Assembly: GCA_963674745.2 (NCBI GenBank)
Contig: CAXXDV010000003.1
Coordinates: 1,024,001 to 1,088,000 of the forward strand
Length of the DNA stretch: 64,000 nucleotides
Origin: Desulfosudaceae bacterium
Lineage (GTDB): Bacteria; Desulfobacterota; Desulfobacteria; Desulfobacterales; Desulfosudaceae
Reading direction: 5' to 3'
In this document: positions 40,302-49,020 of the stretch, in pieces
How positions within the stretch are numbered: the stretch's first letter is position 1
Layout of the letters: each line of letters begins with the position of its first letter
Notes under the pieces: generated by a model
What the model was told of the DNA's origin: nothing
Database searches by the model: none
The model's input: only the letters and a program-made list of their open reading frames with translations
Made by a program: the position numbers and the translations under genes

Positions 40302-40871
40302 TTAAAAGCCTCTGTCCCTGCAATAATAATTGTCCGGGTTTTCCCGATCCAGATCCCATTTTCGGGCATTATTGATGATGTATTCCCTGGCCAGATTCAA
40401 TTCAGTCTCATCACGGATAATATGTTCATAATAATTACGTTGCCACAATCTGCCGGAAAACCTTGTCCAACCCCTTTGTTTAACTCCATCAACATATTGT
40501 TTCGTGGTTATGGTTTTAAAACGATGAACAACATCCGGTAACGATAATGTAGGGGCAACCCCCCGTGGTTGCCCTTCACCAGGGCAGGCACGGGGGCCTG
40601 CCCCTACAATAATTATAATGCCGTGAATATGATTTGGCATGATGGCAAATTTATCGATTTTTATACCGCTATAATATTCGGGTATTGCGCCCCAGACCAT
40701 TTGAATCATCAGGCCGATACCATTCAAAAACATGTTGCCGTCAACAATTTTTCCAAACAGGCATTTCCGGTTTTTCGTACATACCGTTACAAAATATGCA
40801 CCGGATTGTGAATAATCATATTTTTTTAAACGAATCGACCGCCGACGATGAGTAACGGGATTAAACACCAT
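40302..40871 (-). mobile_element. REP-associated tyrosine (Y1/HUH) transposase, RAYT
   Basis: RRSIRL..YDYS..GAYFVTVCT, MPNHIH (HUH), WQRNYYEHIIR, EYIINN; flanked by GTAG REPs. Confidence 0.92.
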
Positions 40872-40946
40872 ATTTCGTCCTCCCTGACGTGTGTGTGTTT
40901 GTTGCGCAGGAGCCTCTCGAGTGGCTCTCCGTTTATATTTTGACCC

Positions 40947-41175
40947 GTAGGGGCAACCCCCCGTGGTTGCCCTTCATCAGGGCAGGCACGGGGGCCTGCC
41001 CCTACAACATTTGCAAACGGCCTGCAACACATCGAATCTGAAACCCCGATATTCCCCCCCGCAAAGCGGGCCGAATCCAGTCTCACCCCCCGTCCCCTTA
41101 AACACATAATCACCTAAACACATAACCACATCCCTAAATCCCTAAAACCCTAACACTCTAAAACTTTAAAACCGT
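40947..41175. repeat. REP doublet plus composite arm
   Basis: 59-bp doublet 40947-41005, CCCGCAAAGCGGG hairpin, TAANCAC and TAAAAC arrays. Confidence 0.85.
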
Positions 41176-42783
41176 TTAAGTCGTAATGTCCAGCAACCCG
41201 CCTGAAACGGCAGTTTCATTGAGCAGGGTATCGGTGATCTCTTCTTCGGCATCCCTTATTTTTCGTGCCGGCACGCCAAGGCTTTTGGCCAGCACGGTAA
41301 AGTCGACCTCTTCTTCCGGCCGCTGTTCAAGCGACTGGAAAAGAAGCGAGGTTATCCCCAGTTGATATCGGCTTTGGGTCTGGAATTCCCTGTGGTGCCG
41401 TTTTAACATCCCGGTTTCACTGATCAGAAAGACCCTGGCCTCAGGCCTGGCCAGTTTGGCGCCCAGGGCCAGTGGATACCCCGCGCCGGCAACATCAACA
41501 TCATCCAGCAGAAAACAATTATGCAATCCCGGAGGCATTAAATAAACCATGGCTACCCTGGCAACGGCAGGGCCTTCACAGATAACGATATCTTCGGGTG
41601 TAATAACGGCATTGATCCGTTCAATCGCGTGGATCATGCTATACAGGCGGTCTTCGTGAATGGTCAGGCACTCTCGCAGCCTGGACTTATGGGAAGCGAT
41701 GGTGACGAAAAGCGCCTTTTTCCAGTCACTGTTGATCGAAAGCAGTGATGTCATGTCGGACAAAATTCGGGAGAACTGTTCCATTATGGCCTGGGGCGAG
41801 CCCGACAAGCCGGTGGTAATGGGCATGATTGAGCCAAGAGAAGCCGTCAGTTCAGCGGTCTGGATGATTTTTATGTCGGGATTAAGAGCCGCCAGGGCGG
41901 TTGCCAGGCGGGCGGTTTCCTCATCCGCTTCAAACAGTATAATCAGGTCTGTTTCCGATAACAACCCTCTGTTCTGAGCGTTATCCCAAAGCCAGCATCC
42001 TCCCAGATTCAGTGTATAACCGGCGGCCAGCGTGCCAAAGGCCGGGGTCGAGGTGATGACCGGAGCGCCGGTAATCTGCAGAAAATCGGACAGGGCCTGG
42101 CCGGCCCTGGCCCGTTCCACGTTTCGACCGGCCAGCACCAGGGGTTTGCTGGATTTTTTGATCAACTCAACCGCTTCGGCAAGGCCGCGTTCATCCGGGT
42201 AAATCAGGCCTTTAAACCTGAAATCCGCGTCTGGAAAGAGGTCTCCCATTTTTTTGGCGGACACCCGCTTAAAACCGAATATGACATCTACCGGCGCGTC
42301 CAGGTGAACCGGTCCGGGTTCAGGCGCCAGTGCGGTTTTAAACGCCCGCTGAATGAGGTTGGGAATACGATCCCGGTGGTAGAGAATGGACGTGAACTTG
42401 GTGATGGGTTTGAATATTTCGTCCTGGTCACAGGCCTGCAGGTTTTCCTGGATCGGTTTCATCTTGTATGACTGGACCTGGGGCGAGATGGAAATCAGGG
42501 GCAGTCGTTCTTTCCATGCAAAATAAAGGGCGCCGATTTCATAGGCAATACCGGCACCGACGGTTGACATGACGCAGGCCGGTTTACCTGAAGCCAGGGA
42601 AAAACCGGCCGCCATCAGGGCACCCGCGCCTTCGTGCCGGGGAATGATCAGGGTCATGCCCGGTTCTTCGTCGATGGCAAAATGAATCGGGTTCATCTGG
42701 CCGCCGGGCAGGGTAAACACATGGGATATATTTTCCCTGGCCAGCGATTTAACGATCAGGTCGGCACCTAGCAAAGTCGGCAT
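41176..42783 (-). CDS. ThDP-enzyme family protein A: intact PYR domain, degenerate PP domain
   Basis: LPGG, RHE (E51), LQACDQ, GPVHL; no GDG..NN (ISETGML instead). Confidence 0.85.
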   Translation of the reverse strand: MPTLLGADLIVKSLARENISHVFTLPGGQMNPIHFAIDEEPGMTLIIPRHEGAGALMAAGFSLASGKPACVMSTVGAGIAYEIGALYFAWKERLPLISISPQVQSYKMKPIQENLQACDQDEIFKPITKFTSILYHRDRIPNLIQRAFKTALAPEPGPVHLDAPVDVIFGFKRVSAKKMGDLFPDADFRFKGLIYPDERGLAEAVELIKKSSKPLVLAGRNVERARAGQALSDFLQITGAPVITSTPAFGTLAAGYTLNLGGCWLWDNAQNRGLLSETDLIILFEADEETARLATALAALNPDIKIIQTAELTASLGSIMPITTGLSGSPQAIMEQFSRILSDMTSLLSINSDWKKALFVTIASHKSRLRECLTIHEDRLYSMIHAIERINAVITPEDIVICEGPAVARVAMVYLMPPGLHNCFLLDDVDVAGAGYPLALGAKLARPEARVFLISETGMLKRHHREFQTQSRYQLGITSLLFQSLEQRPEEEVDFTVLAKSLGVPARKIRDAEEEITDTLLNETAVSGGLLDITT

Positions 42784-42845
42784 GAGGATTGTCTTTCTTT
42801 AAAGATATCGTTTTTGAAAGCGTAATTTTTTTATTCAATCGAAAA

Positions 42846-43455
42846 AGGTTTTAGGTTTATGTGGTTAAGTGGTTAAGTGATTAAGTGATTAAGTGATTAA
42901 GTGATTAAGTGTTTAAGTGATTAAGTGTTTAAGTGTTTAAGTGGTTAAGTGTTTAAGCGGGCGCGGTGTGAGACTTGTTGCAGCCCGCTTTGCGGGGTTT
43001 TAAGTTTTAGAGTGTAATCGTTTTAATTTTTTTAGGTCTTGGTAATGTATGGTCTCGTAGGGGCAACCCCCTGTGGTTGCCCTTCATCAGGGCAGGCACA
43101 GGGGCCTGCCCCTACAATATGCATGAACACCATCCCCGGCCCGGGTTACCCGTTTTGCCCCGGCATTATTCATGAACACCATCCCCGGCCCGGGTTATCC
43201 GTTTTGCCCCGGCCCGTAGGGGCAACCCCCTGTGGTTGCCCTTCATCAGGGCAGGCACGGGGGCCTGCCCCTACAGCATTTGCGGACGGCCTGTAATAAA
43301 GCTGAACCTTAAATCTCGGTCCTTCCCCCGCAAAGCGGGCCGATTCCCGACCTCGAACCCCGTCCCCATAACCACTTAACCACTTAAACACATAATCACT
43401 TAACCACCTAAACACATAACCACCTAAAACCCTAAAACCCTAAAACTCTAAAACC
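42846..43455. repeat. symmetric repeat island: arm - REP doublets - arm
   Basis: 13 TTAAGTGn-type octamers 42857-42960, hairpin, doublets 43057-43115 and 43216-43274, hairpin, TAANCAC/TAAAACC arrays. Confidence 0.85.
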
Positions 43456-43501
43456 ATCTTCTAAAAGGCCACAGCCTTCCGCTATCTAACCCCTGCCCGT
43501 T

Positions 43502-45352
43502 TTACATGGTCTTAAACAGAAACTTGACCATATTCCATGAATTCCGGCTGAACAGGTTCAACCGGTTTTGATACAAGCGAAGGGCTTTTTTCAGGGGCAG
43601 CGGAAACAAAGACCCCATGAACTCAACCCGTATAAAACTGGCCAGGGCATCAGGATAGACATTTTTATCCGTCGGAATGTCGATCAGTACCGGATGGTCG
43701 GCCTGGATCGCATCCCGGATCATGGCCGGCACGTCTTCCAGCCGGGTAACGCGTTTAACCGTAATGCCGAACGCTTCGGCCACATCGGCGTAATTCTGTT
43801 CCGGCAGTTCCGTGCTGACCGGCCGGTTGACCATCACCTCGCCGGCCCGGATCATGTTCCAGGCGGAATCATTGTTGACCACAATGGTAATCGGCAGGTT
43901 GTAACGTTTCATCAGTTCCAGTTCCTGGATATTGTACATCAGGGAACCATCGCCGGTCAGGAGCATGACCGGTTTTTCCGGGGCGGCCGCTTTAAGCCCC
44001 AGGGCCATGGGAATGCCCACGCCCAGGGTGGCCATGCCGGTGGGGAAAAAAACACGCTTAGGGCCTTTGACGCGCATGGTCATGCCCGCCCACAGGGGGG
44101 TATTGCCACCGTCGACGACAGCAATGGCATCCGATTTTTCGATATATTCCCTGGCGGCCAGCAGTCCGGCCGCGGGATGAAATTTTCCGTCTTTGCCCCG
44201 GTGGTCGCGGGCTTCTTTTTGCAGTCGTTTTTCGTGATCCCGGTTTTTCTGTTTTAAGTGGTTGACCCACCCGGACCAGTCGGGCAGGGGGGGATCATGT
44301 TCGACCAGATCGAGCATCTGGGAGAGAAACAGACCGGCGTCAGCGATGATGGCCGTCCGTGCTCCCGGGTTCAAGGCAATGTACTGGTGATCGATGTTGA
44401 CCTGGATGAACTTGATGCTGCCTGACCAGAGCGGTGGCAGGCCGAAACCGTCCAGGCCGCTGAAACAGGCCCCGACAGCCAGGACCACGTCCGCCTGTTT
44501 GATCGCCGTGTGAAAAGCTTCACCGGCCAGGTAACTTGACGGCCCGATATACATGGGATTGCCCGGGTCAACCACGTCCAGCGCGCCCATACTGGAAAGC
44601 AGCGGAATGCCGGTTTTTTCGGCCAGCCGGTTGAGCAGATCGGCGGCATTGGCTTTGACGACGCCCCCGCCGGCAAAGATGAACGGCCGCCTGGCGGTCC
44701 TGATCAGATCAAGGGCCTGACGGATTTTTTCCGGTTCTCCCATTGGCGGCACAACATGGGGAACCCAGCCGGCAAACGGGTTTTCTCCCCCGGGCACTTT
44801 AATCTCAGATACTTTTCGGGATTCGAGCAGGGGCAGCGGGATACGAATGTGGGCCGTTCCGCCCCGGCCGCTGACGGTTTCCCGGGCGGCGCGCTGGACG
44901 GCGGGCGCCAGATCACGGATCTTGTGGATGGTCGTATGATACACGCAAACCGGCGCGAACACGTCTTCAAGGTTGGTGGCTTCGCGATCAAATACCGGCG
45001 AGCGGGGAAAATCTGTCTCCTGGCACACGGCGATGGTGATTACCGGTGATTTGTCGCCCCAGGCGGTGGTTACGCCCATGACCTGGTTCAGGCAGTGACC
45101 GCCGCCCGTGGTCAGTGAAACCACCGGTTTTCCGGTATAACGGGCACAGGCGTCTGCCATGGGAACACATGCGATATCACTGACCGGTTGAACGAGGTGC
45201 AGACCGTTGATGTTTTTTATCGCCCGGGCAATAAAATCGGTTGTGGGATGATCTTCCATGAAAACGTATTCAATACCGCACGCTTTTAAGGTTTGAACCA
45301 GGATTATGGCGCCGGTTGCATTGTCCCTGTTATTGATATCGGGTGCGCCCAT
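43502..45352 (-). CDS. ThDP-enzyme family protein B: degenerate PYR domain, intact PP domain
   Basis: QPVSD in place of RHE; intact GDGS-x-NND motif; start MGAPD after GGAG. Confidence 0.88.
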   Translation of the reverse strand: MGAPDINNRDNATGAIILVQTLKACGIEYVFMEDHPTTDFIARAIKNINGLHLVQPVSDIACVPMADACARYTGKPVVSLTTGGGHCLNQVMGVTTAWGDKSPVITIAVCQETDFPRSPVFDREATNLEDVFAPVCVYHTTIHKIRDLAPAVQRAARETVSGRGGTAHIRIPLPLLESRKVSEIKVPGGENPFAGWVPHVVPPMGEPEKIRQALDLIRTARRPFIFAGGGVVKANAADLLNRLAEKTGIPLLSSMGALDVVDPGNPMYIGPSSYLAGEAFHTAIKQADVVLAVGACFSGLDGFGLPPLWSGSIKFIQVNIDHQYIALNPGARTAIIADAGLFLSQMLDLVEHDPPLPDWSGWVNHLKQKNRDHEKRLQKEARDHRGKDGKFHPAAGLLAAREYIEKSDAIAVVDGGNTPLWAGMTMRVKGPKRVFFPTGMATLGVGIPMALGLKAAAPEKPVMLLTGDGSLMYNIQELELMKRYNLPITIVVNNDSAWNMIRAGEVMVNRPVSTELPEQNYADVAEAFGITVKRVTRLEDVPAMIRDAIQADHPVLIDIPTDKNVYPDALASFIRVEFMGSLFPLPLKKALRLYQNRLNLFSRNSWNMVKFLFKTM

Positions 45353-45365
45353 GGCATCTCCATTT

Positions 45366-45971
45366 TTACGGGGTGATAAGCTCAATCATTTTTTTCGATG
45401 CATACTCACCGACATCTGCCAGGGCGTCGATCGGCAGAAAATCGGCGGCATTGGATGAATAAAGACAGGTCACGGATGCCGGAAAATCTTCATCGGCGGC
45501 ATAAAAGATATAGCAGAGGCATATTTTCGGTAAGGGGTTGACGGTAAAGGCCAGATCCCCCCCGATACCATCCGGCGCGCTGCCGCCATTGAAATGTTCC
45601 CGGACGAGGTCGGCCGATTCCATGATTTTGTCCGCATGCGGTACGAGGATCTGTTCGGTGTGGGTGTGAAAAGCGCCGGCATAGGGCATGGTGTCCGGGA
45701 ACTCTTTGTAGGCCCTATACGGTTCCTTGCGGCAGGGCGCTGCTGTCGTATGAAGGGCATAAAGGGAAATGATGATGCCTCTGGGGTCGGTTACCTGAAC
45801 GTTTCCCAGGCTGATCCCCTCGGGTGAAATGATGCAGGTATCGCCGAAAGCGTCAAAAACAAACCGGTCCCCGTCTATTGTCGCCGGCAGGCGGTTGACG
45901 GCCGAACCAGACGCATTTTCATAAAACCTCAACAGGTTGTCGCGGATGATGGCTTCGTAGTTGCTGCCCAT
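45366..45971 (-). CDS. DUF3786-like protein
   Basis: IIISLY..YKEFP..YAGAF..LPKI..ADEDFPASVTCLY..LPIDAL. Confidence 0.7.
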   Translation of the reverse strand: MGSNYEAIIRDNLLRFYENASGSAVNRLPATIDGDRFVFDAFGDTCIISPEGISLGNVQVTDPRGIIISLYALHTTAAPCRKEPYRAYKEFPDTMPYAGAFHTHTEQILVPHADKIMESADLVREHFNGGSAPDGIGGDLAFTVNPLPKICLCYIFYAADEDFPASVTCLYSSNAADFLPIDALADVGEYASKKMIELITP

Positions 45972-46234
45972 TTTTTTGGTTCATCTCCCGACATAAAACA
46001 TCTCAATAGCAAACACTTGAATCCTCGACCCCTTGAATCCTTGAACCCTGTGTGCCCACTAAATTTGGAGAAGAGCCTGTCTTTTAAAAAAGAGTTCCTG
46101 GATACTCAATATGGTCTTGATGTTAACACCGGATTACGGTATAAAATAAACATATCATCAAGTAGGTAATCATACACGGATTTGATTTCACGGCAAACGT
46201 TTTTTAAGATTTACCATTTTTGTTCGGGGGGCAT

Positions 46235-46795
46235 ATGGGGTTAAAAGTCAAGGGAACCGTATTGATAGACCTCGTCAAACAGGTCCGGTCGGCAAAAGAC
46301 CGGAATTGGGAAAAGTATCTGACAGCCGAAGATATGGAGTTGATTAACGGTGAGATAATGACGTCTTCCTGGTATCCGGATGATTTTTTTTACCGCCTGT
46401 CTCTGGCGGTGTTCAAGGTTACCGGCGAATCCAATCTCGACAATTCTTTTGCTTATGGCCAGTTGACTGCTCATAATATGGCCGATGTGTATAAAAATGT
46501 GATCGTTCAAAACGACCCGGCCACCACCATCGAGCGTTTTGTTTCGCGCCGGAAGTCGTTTTTCAGTACCGACTACCAGGACTCTGAAAGAAATCAGGTC
46601 ATCAAGGACGACAAAAAGGTTACCATCTACACCATCAGTGATAAAAAGATTAGGGGAACGGAAGTATCTGAAGTAATAATGTACTCCGTTATGGGTGTGG
46701 CTCATGAGCTGGCCACCATCGTCGGCGGACACAACGTGCAGTCCCATCTGGTTAAGCATAACGAGGGCTTTAAAATAACCATCAGCTGGTTATAG
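46235..46795 (+). CDS. hypothetical protein, paralog 1 (DUF2378/H-NOX-like N-terminus)
   Basis: VKGTVLIDLV..SSWYPDD; sigma70-like TTGATG-17-TATAAA at 46117-46145. Confidence 0.7.
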   Translation: MGLKVKGTVLIDLVKQVRSAKDRNWEKYLTAEDMELINGEIMTSSWYPDDFFYRLSLAVFKVTGESNLDNSFAYGQLTAHNMADVYKNVIVQNDPATTIERFVSRRKSFFSTDYQDSERNQVIKDDKKVTIYTISDKKIRGTEVSEVIMYSVMGVAHELATIVGGHNVQSHLVKHNEGFKITISWL

Positions 46796-46808
46796 GAGAT
46801 AATGGTTT

Positions 46809-47369
46809 ATGACAGTTCAGGTCAAGGGCACCCTTCTGGTTGATCTTGTTAAACAGGTTCGGGTGGCCCGGGATAAAGATTGGGAGACGTATTTGACGCC
46901 GGAAGACATGGTGCTGATCAACGGTGAAATCCTGACATCCGCCTGGTACCCGGATGATTTTTTTTATCGCCTGTCTTTAGCGGTATACAAGGTCATCGGC
47001 GAATCCAGTCTGGATGCCTGTTTCGCCTACGGGCAGCTTGCGGCCCACAATATGGTCGAAGTTTATAAAAACATTTTGGTTCCGGACGATCCGGCCACGA
47101 CCATCGAGCGCTTTGTGGTCCGTCGTCAGACTTTTTTCGAAACGGATTATCCGGATGACGAACAGAATCGCGCGGAAAAGGGTGACGGCCGGATAACGGT
47201 ATATACCATCGCCGACACAAAGATTCGAGGCACAGAAACAGCCGACGTCGTCATCAATTCGCTGCTGGGCATATTTTACGAACTGGCGGTTATCGCCGGC
47301 GGAAAAAATGTCCAAACCGACATTCAACACATAGGCGAACAGCACGCACTGACCGTGACCTGGAATTGA
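46809..47369 (+). CDS. hypothetical protein, paralog 2
   Basis: collinear and highly similar to paralog 1; AGGAG RBS. Confidence 0.7.
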   Translation: MTVQVKGTLLVDLVKQVRVARDKDWETYLTPEDMVLINGEILTSAWYPDDFFYRLSLAVYKVIGESSLDACFAYGQLAAHNMVEVYKNILVPDDPATTIERFVVRRQTFFETDYPDDEQNRAEKGDGRITVYTIADTKIRGTETADVVINSLLGIFYELAVIAGGKNVQTDIQHIGEQHALTVTWN

Positions 47370-47380
47370 CGCCGGCCATG

Positions 47381-48691
47381 TCAGGCGTCACGGTCAAATT
47401 CCGTCGACATATAAAGTTCCACGGGATGACAGACCTGAATGTCTGTTCCGCCATGTTTTGACAACAATCCCGCCAGTTGAATCATGCAGGCCGGGCAGGC
47501 GGTGGCCACCATCCGGCAGCCGCTGGCAATGATATTCTCCCGCTTGCGTCCGCCAATTTTTTCGGACAGGTCGTTGTGGGCCAGCCCGAACCCGCCGCCC
47601 ATGCCGCAGCAGACATCCGCTTCCGCCATTTCAATCAGCCGGTAGGCCGGGTTGGCGGCAATCAGTAGCCGTGGGGCCTGGTGTACGCCCAGGGATTTTT
47701 TCAGATGACATGGGTCGTGATAGGTCACAGCAATGCCCTTATCGTTCGGGCGGGGCGGGTCCGTATCCAGGCCGGCAGCGATCAGTTCCGTTATATCCAT
47801 TGTCTTTTCGGATAATTGTTGGACAAAGGCGTATTCCTGGTCTTGCGGGTCGACCATCATGGGCCAGATTTTTTTGATGGTAAAGGTACAGGTGGCGCAG
47901 GCCGTGACCAGTCGATCAAAAGAAAGCGATTTAAACCGGTTTAGGTTATATGACAGTAACTGCCGGAAGGATTCGCCGTCTCCCGCTGACAGGGCGGGAA
48001 TACCACAGCATCCTTCGCTGTCCGGTAAAATGACGTTAAAACCCTGATGCGCCAGCGCCTTGACGGAAGCCCTGGCTACCTGCGGAAACACCTTGTCGAG
48101 CAGGCAGCCGGTGAAAAAAAGAACCGTTTCTTTTCCGGTCGTCTGTGCCTGATGCTTTTCGACTATTTTTTGACGATGAAAGGGAACCGGTGCCAGCGGC
48201 ACCACATGTCGACCGGCCAGAAGGGGGGAGGCTGTAATCCGGGCGCAACTGGTTCCCAGCCCGGGATTGACTTGTTTTAAAAACAGCCCCTGTGATTTTG
48301 CCGCCAGATCGGCGGCCCGGTTGAATCTTTCCGGTTTTGCCAGCAGCTGCCGGAAAACGATTTTTTTCAAGGGGGACAGGCCCAGGTATCCGGCCAGCAA
48401 CACCCGGGCTTTTAAGAAAATTTCCAGTGTATTGACACCGTTGGGGCAGACACCGGCGCAGCCGCCGCAAAGAAGGCAGCGGTCCAGCCGGTCTTTGACG
48501 CTGTCGGCGTTTTTGACCACCTCGGACATGACGCCTTCCAGGATGGCGATTTTACCCCGGGCCACATCCCTTTCCAGTCTTGTTTGCGGGTAAATCGGGC
48601 AGGCGGACAGGCAAACCCCGCACTGTTTGCAGACGGCGGTCTGTTGTTCGAGCGATCCGGCCAGGCGCGCCAGTTCTTTGATGTGCTTCAT
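47381..48691 (-). CDS. Fe-S oxidoreductase subunit, GlcF-like (2 ferredoxin motifs + 2 CCG domains)
   Basis: CKQCGVCLSACP, CLLCGGCAGVCP, CCG x2, YHDPCH; start MKHIKE. Confidence 0.85.
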   Translation of the reverse strand: MKHIKELARLAGSLEQQTAVCKQCGVCLSACPIYPQTRLERDVARGKIAILEGVMSEVVKNADSVKDRLDRCLLCGGCAGVCPNGVNTLEIFLKARVLLAGYLGLSPLKKIVFRQLLAKPERFNRAADLAAKSQGLFLKQVNPGLGTSCARITASPLLAGRHVVPLAPVPFHRQKIVEKHQAQTTGKETVLFFTGCLLDKVFPQVARASVKALAHQGFNVILPDSEGCCGIPALSAGDGESFRQLLSYNLNRFKSLSFDRLVTACATCTFTIKKIWPMMVDPQDQEYAFVQQLSEKTMDITELIAAGLDTDPPRPNDKGIAVTYHDPCHLKKSLGVHQAPRLLIAANPAYRLIEMAEADVCCGMGGGFGLAHNDLSEKIGGRKRENIIASGCRMVATACPACMIQLAGLLSKHGGTDIQVCHPVELYMSTEFDRDA

Positions 48692-48794
48692 GCCTATGTC
48701 CGTATTCTTATTGTTGATGGCCTCGTAAAAAGCCCTTATACGCCATTCCGGGCTTGGAGACGGTGCCGTAATGTGTAATTCCAACCTTATTTAA

Positions 48795-48860
48795 GGGCGA
48801 CCAGCCGGTCGCCCCTACGCTCGTGGCCATCCGTATGTAGGGGCGACCGGCTGGTCGCCC
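48795..48860. repeat. divergent REP pair
   Basis: GGGCGACCAGCCGGTCGCCCCTAC ... GTAGGGGCGACCGGCTGGTCGCCC. Confidence 0.8.
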
Positions 48861-49020
48861 TTTCGTTTTTAATATTGTTACTCTACACAACAAAACATTA
48901 TCCGGCAACACGGAAAACCGTATTGGTGTCAACTGCTTAATTTCTTGACAAATATTGGCCAGGTTGGTGTACAATGTAAAAGGTTCATGACAAAAAACCC
49001 TTCATGAAAAGAGCATTCCA

